Shown here piece after piece: positions 56,237-64,000 of a DNA stretch of 64,000 bases. Location: the NCBI GenBank assembly GCA_977018835.1, contig OZ361258.1, forward strand, positions 3,658,001-3,722,000, read 5' to 3'. The stretch is from Minutocellus sp. GHC0000111. Taxonomy: Eukaryota. The first letter of the stretch is position 1, and each line of letters begins with the position of its first letter. Under the pieces are notes generated by a model. That model saw nothing but the letters and a program-made list of their open reading frames with translations, made no database searches and was not told the DNA's origin. The position numbers and the translations under genes were made by a program.

Positions 56237-57181
56237 CTATCCAGTGCTCCAAATAAAATCACCAATGGGAATCCCAAGTACCAGAGGAAGTAGGACGGAA
56301 CAAAGTCCTTGCAACAAACTCGTACCTAGGTATGTTATCATCCGGCTGCTTGTTACCAAGATCGCTCTACCTGTCGACGCAGCGCAGCCCCTGTAGAATG
56401 CTGAGAGATTGCCAGCATTTTCCCCATTAAAGTACAAGGTCCGAACAGCTTGTGAGATACTCAACCCAGGCTTTGAGGGCACTTGTCCTTGCATGACACT
56501 TTTTACCGTGTCGAAGGGATAACTCACAACCCAGGCCAGACCCCCGGTGATGGAACTTATCGCTGCAATCGAGGCCAAATTAGGATCCTGGGCGTGTGAC
56601 ATGGCAACGTCGTAAATGCCGAGATACACGCATGTGAAGACCCCCTCTCTCCACAAATTCGCGACATGACCTCGAAACAATATCGAATGCGGACTTGGGA
56701 GCTGCATGATTTCATGCAGTATAGCCCTGCTGGATATGCCGCCTCCAAGCTGCGCCTGAATCTTGATGTAATCAGTAGGAGTTGATACGAATGCCGATGC
56801 CACCCCAGATACAACACCTGCCACGAGTGATGCGCGATAGCTGTCGCTGCTGCTTCCACCAAATCCCTCTTTCACTCGATTGAAGACACCAAAGGTGAGG
56901 ACGTTCATAATCGCTGCGTTGGCAATCGGCGGTCCGACGCCTCGGAAGAAGACCGTGGGGGAGTAGCCATTGCTCCTCAGCAAGTGCTGGGCAGCTCGAA
57001 CGGTGGGGTATTTGGAAGCGCCTGAATTTATGTTCGATTTGGCGTTGGATGATGCAAAAGCTGGGTTGGTCTGAAGGTGGACCTTAATCGTGTCGATCGG
57101 GTGGCCGAGGAGCGTCGACGAAACGCCGGCTGCCGTAGACGCGACGATGGTCTGGTGCAGCGGGAGGTTCAGCATGGACAT
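56237..57181 (-). CDS. Mitochondrial carrier family (SLC25) protein
   Basis: Three Px[DE]xx[KR] repeats: PIDTIK, PTDYIK, PFDTVK. Confidence 0.9.
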   Translation of the reverse strand: MSMLNLPLHQTIVASTAAGVSSTLLGHPIDTIKVHLQTNPAFASSNAKSNINSGASKYPTVRAAQHLLRSNGYSPTVFFRGVGPPIANAAIMNVLTFGVFNRVKEGFGGSSSDSYRASLVAGVVSGVASAFVSTPTDYIKIQAQLGGGISSRAILHEIMQLPSPHSILFRGHVANLWREGVFTCVYLGIYDVAMSHAQDPNLASIAAISSITGGLAWVVSYPFDTVKSVMQGQVPSKPGLSISQAVRTLYFNGENAGNLSAFYRGCAASTGRAILVTSSRMITYLGTSLLQGLCSVLLPLVLGIPIGDFIWSTG

Positions 57182-57485
57182 GGCAGGCAGATTGCTGCTG
57201 TGCTGCTGCGATGGGAGAGAACTATGGCGGTGCCAATCTGAACATGCTGAAATATGCGGCACTAATGGAGCTGGCCTTCAACTACTAGTACGAAGTAGCG
57301 CACAGGTAGCGCTTTGGTCCTCGAGCGGCAATGCAACACGCATGTGCCGCTTTTCGATTCCCTCTTGCAAAAGCTTTCTTTTTGATTCACCTGCAAGTTT
57401 GATGATCGCATTCAGAAATACTTTGCTTTCACGAGATGTCTCATTGACTTCCTCGAAAGATACCCTGGCTGATACGAGCAGTAGG

Positions 57486-58682
57486 ATGAGCACCAACACC
57501 CAGATGAACGGCAAGAGGCCCGGTGAGGAGGATTATTCAGCTCCTGATGATGGTAGTGGCCGCGTTGCTTCACCAGGCAAGCGTCAGAAAATGACCAAGG
57601 CCTCGCGCAAGTGCGATGTGGCCGAGGGCAAAGAGGACGTGCTGACCAGCATCCTCCCGCTCCGTCTCACCACGCACAGCGGATACCTGCCCCTCAAAGA
57701 TGCCGGCAGGTTGCTGCTGCGGGTAAGCAAAGATATGACGACGTCAATCTTTGAGGACCGAGTGTCGGCGGACGCTCTCGAGGCCGCGAGCGGTAATGGA
57801 GAGAATGGAGCTGCAGATGACGACGGTCCCAATGGCGACGAAACGGAGGAGCGTCTCCAACGCCTTCGTCAGCGCAAAGTTCGGAACGAGGTCTGGAAGA
57901 CCCTTTGTGAGTTGAAGTGGCGCGGGCCAAAGGTGCTCGAACACATGGCGTCTACCCTCGGTGGTGGTGGCGACGAGGTGAACTGGGAGGGCCTTTTCCG
58001 CAAGTTCCAGCGAACACCGCCCAAGCCAGTCGCAAGGGCGTCTGTGGTGGATTATTCATTCATCTTTTCGTTGGTGAATTGCACAGTAGCATCTGAGGTA
58101 GAATCCACTACACCCTTGGCAACTTACGTCCTCAAGGGAAAGGATGCCGCTAATTTTCTCGAATGCGGGGAATGCGACTGCAGGGACTCCGGTTTCGATT
58201 ACGGGGACACCGGCTTCCTGAAGCTGGACTCCCCTGTCTTGCTTGAAAATTTCCCACAAAGCAATGGAGAAACATGGTGGGAGCACCGCGCTAGTATGAG
58301 ATTCACTATCCATGTGTTGAGGAAGTCAGACGGGAAAATGGGCGAACTCAATTATGGAGAAGACATGAGCATTGCGGACGGATTAGGTAATGGATTTCTA
58401 CTTTGCTTTGATCAAAATATTTGGCACACGGGCAATCTGGAGCAGATTATGGACACGGAGCAAATGGGCTGCTATTTAGGGTTTCAGATGGACCCAGTTC
58501 TACGAGTGCTGGAGGTAAGGCGAGAAGATGGCAGTTTTGACCATCTCATCACGCATATTTCTTTCTCCGTGAGTCTTAAAATCAACCAAGAAGACTCTCA
58601 ACGGTTTTCTGACTTCGAACACATGAAACGTGGTGCTAGTGTTGCCGATTGCATTGAGCGACTCAACATTGAATGGAAATGA
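57486..58682 (+). CDS. Hypothetical protein, paralog of 14319-15539
   Basis: Shared motif blocks with the 14.3-15.5 kb ORF. Confidence 0.75.
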   Translation: MSTNTQMNGKRPGEEDYSAPDDGSGRVASPGKRQKMTKASRKCDVAEGKEDVLTSILPLRLTTHSGYLPLKDAGRLLLRVSKDMTTSIFEDRVSADALEAASGNGENGAADDDGPNGDETEERLQRLRQRKVRNEVWKTLCELKWRGPKVLEHMASTLGGGGDEVNWEGLFRKFQRTPPKPVARASVVDYSFIFSLVNCTVASEVESTTPLATYVLKGKDAANFLECGECDCRDSGFDYGDTGFLKLDSPVLLENFPQSNGETWWEHRASMRFTIHVLRKSDGKMGELNYGEDMSIADGLGNGFLLCFDQNIWHTGNLEQIMDTEQMGCYLGFQMDPVLRVLEVRREDGSFDHLITHISFSVSLKINQEDSQRFSDFEHMKRGASVADCIERLNIEWK

Positions 58683-58790
58683 GACTATGGTGCAATCCTG
58701 CAATCTGTGTCAGCACTTGTTACCGATAAAATATCCACAATGTACCAGTACTATGTATTTAGCTACGTAGTAGCTACGTACGTAGTTTTA

Positions 58791-61700
58791 TCAGACATCC
58801 TCCGCCTCATATTCGCCATACTCTTCGAGGGTGAGAACACGCAGCTGGCTCTTGCCACAACCAACAAGAAGCATTTCATGGTTTGGATCGTTCCCAGTCG
58901 AGGATGATTCGCTCTTGTCATCATCACCATCTTCGTCTGCATTGTCTTCAACAGCCATGGGCTCGGGCGGGCACTCATACTTGCTCTGACAGTATCCATA
59001 TTTTTCTCCGCTCGGGCCGAAGATACAAAGCGTCCTACCACGATGAAGTCGCTGAAGCAGACCGTCGGGCAGGAGTTTTGGGTCGCAGTCAACAAAGACA
59101 AAAACATGGTGCTGGGTCAATTTACTCTGCTCAAGACATTCCTTTAACCATATCATTTGGTCCGAGGTCTTCCAATCATCTTTCAAGAAGTCGCTGGATC
59201 GCAAAAACAGACCCTGAGCGCCACAGGTCCAAGTGGAGAAGAAACAGGACCCGTCATTGATTGCAATGGGAATAGATTCGTTGATCTTGCCCATGAGCTT
59301 GAGACATGACTTGTCAAAGAATCCGCTTGCAACCACGAGCTTTGGGCGCGTCTTGTTGATCAATCTCGACTTATCCTTGAGCATTGAAGTATACTCTTTC
59401 CTCTCGTCTTCGTGGCAATTCTCATTGATCACATTGTCAAAGAGCGGATTCCAAAGATACACTACTTGAATAGGTCCAGTCTTGGTAAAATCGGTAGGAT
59501 GGTTGGGATCCTCCTCGGCTTCCTTGGTGGGAAAGTTGCCCTGACCATCGTTGAGCCTTGATAGGCCAACATAATCCCGGGTCTCGGGCCGTACTCTCCC
59601 CAGCTTGGCCTCCTGCTTCTTTTTAAAGAAACGACGGAATACTCTTGGTTGGGCCAGGGCGTTGGTCTTGTCCAAGGAGTGCATGAGTGTTTTTGCGATC
59701 GGTCGGATTGAGACGAAGTAGATCGTGAGACGATCCGTCACCTGGAGGGTGATTGTCTTCCACATCAAAGTCCATCGAGTCTTTGACGACAAGTTCTGCA
59801 GTAGCGCGTAGGGCAAGGTCCCGGAGGGATGGAATGGGTCTAGCCGTCTCGACCGATGGGGATACTTGGCCGGTCATTTCCTCGCGGATGGGGTCAAAGT
59901 ACGGATGCTGGCGAATTGCATCATATCCAGCTCCGTAGGATTTAGCATCAATGACACGGGCAGCCTTCCATCGTTCTTCTCTCGTCGTTGAATTTTCATC
60001 CGGTGCCTTCTCCTCGGCATTGGAAAAGTCGAACCCGTCGGCTCCCAGCCGTTCCAGAGGGTTGACCTTCATTAGTTTTTGGATCAGATCCCAGGCATCA
60101 TCATCCGCCACACCCCATGGCCGAAGAAGGACGCCCCGTTGAATTCGTAGAAAAGTCAAATAAGGACTCGGCGCCGCAAATGGAGTTGAACCAACCATAA
60201 GCTGGAAGAGTACCGCACCATATGCCCATAGATCGGCGGTATGGTCGACCCCACCCTCCATGATTCGACCCTCTGCCTTGGCCTTGGCCACGACGTCGTC
60301 ACCAACGCCCTTTACCATTTCAGGTGCCATAAAGTCGGCGGTACCAACAAACTCGGGTCCGTTCAGATCGCGCCACACCATGTCCTTGCTGGTGCCAAAG
60401 TCCAGAACGACGAGATGCCATTCTTGTCGAGGAGGCAGTTCTGCAGGGTGGGAGGAGGAAATAATGATTTTAGATCAATGATGCAAACGATAATATAGTG
60501 CCAAATAGTAGCCCCGATACTTCAATAAAGATATCAGTTCTTTTGTACTCACCTCCGGCTTCAAATCACGATGGACGATGCCATTCGAATGCAGATACTC
60601 AATGGCATCCAGCAGCTCCCACGCATACCGCCGTGCCAGGCTGGGATACGTCCCGACCATCTTGTTCTGCGCCCGCAGTGCACTCCACAGATCCCCGTTG
60701 ACATCGTGCAGCTCCTGCAAAAAGTACAGGTTGTTGTAGTCCTGAAACGAGTGGTACAGAGTCACAATGTGTTTCCGACGGGGATCTTCTTGCGCGGCCG
60801 AGGGCAGGGGCAGACGATCCTCCAACACGCGTCGTTCCATCTTGACCTCGTTGTACACGTTGGGATGCTGTCGTTTGGCCAGCTGCTCCACCTTCTTCTT
60901 TTCGATGATCTTCAGGGCGAATCGCTGCTCGGTCACCTTGTGGCTGCAAATGACCACCCGGCTAAAGTTGCCCTGACCAATTTCCTGGTCGAGGTTGAAC
61001 TCGCGGATGGACGGGGTGCGGGGCTCCACGGTCAGATCCCGCGGGGGTGGTACTGGGGCGGCGGCAATGGCGGACACCACACTGCCATTCGTTTTGGATT
61101 TGCGCTGACCGGCCAACGCCACCTTCTCGGCGTGGCGGAGGAGGCGTTCCAGCTCTTTGCGCTGCCCGTCGAGGGTATTGCCTCGGGCGACTTGGTCGTC
61201 TTCGTCGGTCGTCAGTGTTTGCTCATCCTTTTCGTCACAACCATTACTAGCGCCACCATCTGCATTGGAACTATCACTTGCATTTCGTTGCACCTCCTCC
61301 AATCGATCCAACCTCTCGAGAGCATCCCTGGTAGTTCGAACGGCGTCCTCCCCCAAACCCAGCTGGATCTGCGTCTTGGCCAACCGGAACAAGGCCTTGG
61401 CGTGATGATATCCGTCTCGGCTGGCACTGAGCTGACCCTTTCCATCGCTCACACCTCCATTGGTTGCACCCAACGATGATGCATCGGCGGAGGCGATTTG
61501 GACGGCCTCGGCGGCATCGATCAGTGCCTCGTCGTATCGTTCCATCCGATACAGACATGCCGCGCGGTTGCACAGGTGCACCACGAGGGGAGACGGTGGC
61601 TCCTCGGCACTTGCATCACCGGCAGGGCTATCATCTACACCAACATCATTACTTTCGGAATCTTCACCCTCTTGATGCTGCAGTATCTCCCGACAGCCGT

Positions 61701-61941
61701 CAATGGCCATGGAATACAACGGCAACGCCGTGTCGTAGTCGCCCTGGGCAAAGTGGGCGTTGGCCAGCTTCCGGATGGCGTCGGGGGCGATGGCCGCGGC
61801 GTCTTCGGGACCGGCTTCCTCGATGGCGTCTGTCAGGTCTTCGGGATGTGACATGGTTGCGGCGGTGGTGGCGGCGGTGGTGGTGGTGGGAGGAGCGGTA
61901 CTAGTAGCAGGAGAGGAGGGAGCGACGGCGCCGTTCGTCAT
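58791..61941 (-). CDS. TPR plus AGC (PDK1-like) Ser/Thr kinase plus degenerate metallophosphoesterase-like tail; intron 60441-60552; frameshifts at about 60418 and 59692
   Basis: TPR (ANAHFAQGDYDTALPLYSMAI, NRAACL); kinase motifs GQGNFSRV, FALK, HRDLKPE|N, DFG, FVGTADFMAPE, DLWAYG; tail DQMIWLKECLEQSK..HHVFVFVD. Confidence 0.82.
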
Positions 61942-62279
61942 TGCTGGAAAAATGGCGAGGCAGCTAGTCCAAATTAAACAAATCGGTCCGTCCTTCGACC
62001 GCCTCAGGCAAACTTTTAATAATGCACTACTTTGTCAATTTCTAGTGCTTCAAAAAAGTCGAGAAAGCAACAAGCAAGCAAAATTCAAACAGATGCATGA
62101 AGCAAAATCAAAGTCAAGCAAGCGCCACTCGTTCGTCCATAAATGCCGAAGGTGTCATACTGCAACATTACCCTGTATCAATACAGCATTCGTCTCATTA
62201 AAGCAAGGCCAGACCAAGCCTCGTCCAATCAGAAATACAAACAGACAAATATCCGTCCTCGTCTCATCTCGCCGCAACG

Positions 62280-63175
62280 ATGATCGGCACGTTGGTGTCG
62301 CTACTTTGCGCGCAGCTAATTTTGCCGCCACCTGCACTGCCGCCGACACCGCCTCAACAAGAACAGGCTCGCTCCTCAGCAAGATGGACCTCAGCGAGTC
62401 CATGAGTCTGCACGGCATGCTCGCGCAGGTTTCCAACGAGGCTCGTGGTCGTCGCAAGGGCGCGGCCGACAGTGCCTCTTCCGAGGAAGAAGACGTGCTC
62501 AACACCCGCCGTCTGGCGTCGTGCTCCGACAAGCTCGACAAGTGCCGCTCCAAGCTCGAATCTTGTGAGGATGAGGCCGCCCAGCCAACACTTTTGTTCA
62601 CGCAGATGGCAGAAACGTGCAAGCTCAAGCGCAAGGTCAACGCCAAGGGCGACGTCACCTACGAATGGTCCTCCAAGGACATGGACGACGACACCTACGT
62701 CTTCAGTGATCGTCCATATCAGATTGCCTACACCATGACCACCCCCGATTTCTTCGATGGGTTCGATGATATTTTCAACAAAAACAACGGTGGCAAGCCC
62801 AACGGTGCCATCACCTTCCGCCACAAGAACACCAAGAATTTCGAAGGGCCGCTCATCTCTGTATTCGTCGAGGCCGCCTACAAGACCGATGCTGGGAAGT
62901 TCATCTACGAACTGAGCCAGTCCAAGGAACAGGAGGCCGTGAACGCTCTCGAGGATTTCTTCGAGGATGGCGACGGCGAAGATGATGGTGTGGTGGAATA
63001 CGAAATGTGCAGTCTCTTCATTGATAATGTCTATACTTGCGAGGAATGCAAGGAGTGTGAAACCAGCCCGATTTTAGATTGTGACGATCTTCCCAGCTTC
63101 ATTAAACGTCATTGCGACGAGGTATGCAAAGACGACGCTGCAAATGTTGGAAATGTGTTGGATGCGTCTTTCTGA
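62280..63175 (+). CDS. Secreted hypothetical protein with an FSDRP-motif domain; frameshift at about 62310
   Basis: Signal peptide MIGTLVSLLCA.ANFAATCTA is split by a 1-nt loss. Core LLFTQMA...TYVFSDRPYQIA...F...KPNGAITF; Cys-rich C-terminus. Confidence 0.65.
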
Positions 63176-63271
63176 GCCAAGTGATTATTTAGAAAAATAC
63201 ACAAGAAATGAAGAATTGTTGGAATCGACAAAGTCGAGTTGCCCTTTCCTTTCGGCTATGAACTAAACCTG

Positions 63272-64000
63272 CTAAAATAATTTGCCTAACCTAGCTTTCG
63301 AGAGTGAATTCGTGCTAGATAGCAGCTCCTCTTGATCTACCTCGATATTCAGTCTCTTCGCACTCCCAGCTTCTACCTGGACCGTCTCGGTGCTAATTTC
63401 CCAGCCTTTCTTCTCCAAAAGCTCCACAAATGAATCTGCGAGGGAGAGCATTTCCTCGTGTGATACTTTGATCATGTCAGATGCGCCATTGTGCTTCCGA
63501 GAAATCAACATTGCCCTGAGGATGTGCGCATGCAGACATCCTCTAATGAGATCAGTCCCTAGGGCGTCTTTTAGAAATGTGAGACGTATCGAATCACTGT
63601 CTCGATCAGCGCCGGTTCCACTTTCGTAGTTGATCAAATAATGTTCCTTCTCTCCTATACAATTTCTCACATGCTCGAATTCAGATATTTCGGGAAATAA
63701 TTCCTGTATCGACACACCAATTTTCAGCCATTTCTTTGTTTCATCTTTGTGAATAAAGGGTAGAAATCGTTCAACTTCGGCAACCTCGGCTGGGCTCAAG
63801 ACTGGGTGTTCAGTATCTGCCTTGGCAGACGTGCTTATTATAGACTCAACGAAAGTTTCCAGAACCAAGTTCAATCGATGCCGATTGAGATTGCGCAGGT
63901 GGACCGATCGAACGGCATTGTATGTACAATATTGGTGCAATACGGACAGCACAGCAAAACCCAAGGCCACATTTGTAACATCTCCTTGCAAGAACGGCGA
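63272..64000 (-). CDS. RUS1/DUF647 (root UVB sensitive) family protein, C-terminal part
   Basis: LHQYCTYNAVRSVHLRNLNRHRL, LSPAEVAEVE, FVELLEKKGW. Confidence 0.75.
   Translation of the reverse strand, partial: SPFLQGDVTNVALGFAVLSVLHQYCTYNAVRSVHLRNLNRHRLNLVLETFVESIISTSAKADTEHPVLSPAEVAEVERFLPFIHKDETKKWLKIGVSIQELFPEISEFEHVRNCIGEKEHYLINYESGTGADRDSDSIRLTFLKDALGTDLIRGCLHAHILRAMLISRKHNGASDMIKVSHEEMLSLADSFVELLEKKGWEISTETVQVEAGSAKRLNIEVDQEELLSSTNSLSKARLGKLF

Noticed and set aside
1..64000. tRNA, rRNA or CRISPR arrays
   Set aside because: None recognisable by eye; the sequence is eukaryotic nuclear DNA

Overview
Gene-dense eukaryotic nuclear DNA, most likely from a diatom or related photosynthetic stramenopile. 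The evidence is short GT-AG introns, bipartite signal-peptide plus ASA-F plastid presequences, and expanded MYND-ankyrin and RING-SEL1 families. About 28 protein genes are supported. Housekeeping genes include DXS, DDX6/Dhh1, cullin-1, a Yip1 protein, a CLC channel, a FEX fluoride exporter and a mitochondrial carrier. There are two hAT-type MITEs with 8-bp target-site duplications and a piggyBac-like transposase relic. The most notable feature is a 3-exon gene at 50958-53593 that the ORF track splits into four pieces. It fuses a ubiquitin-like domain ending in LRLRGG to an iodothyronine-deiodinase-like thioredoxin-fold domain, with an in-frame TGA at the deiodinase selenocysteine position (GSLS-U-PPF) and a SECIS-like hairpin in the 3' UTR. 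Other notable features are an ORF-invisible 5-exon secreted Cys/Asp-rich protein, an exact 876-bp in-frame tandem duplication, a Chk2-like kinase missing its catalytic core, and about 11 frameshifting indels across 10 genes (sequencing error or a decaying haplotype). Family calls rest on motifs recognised by eye; no database searches were run.
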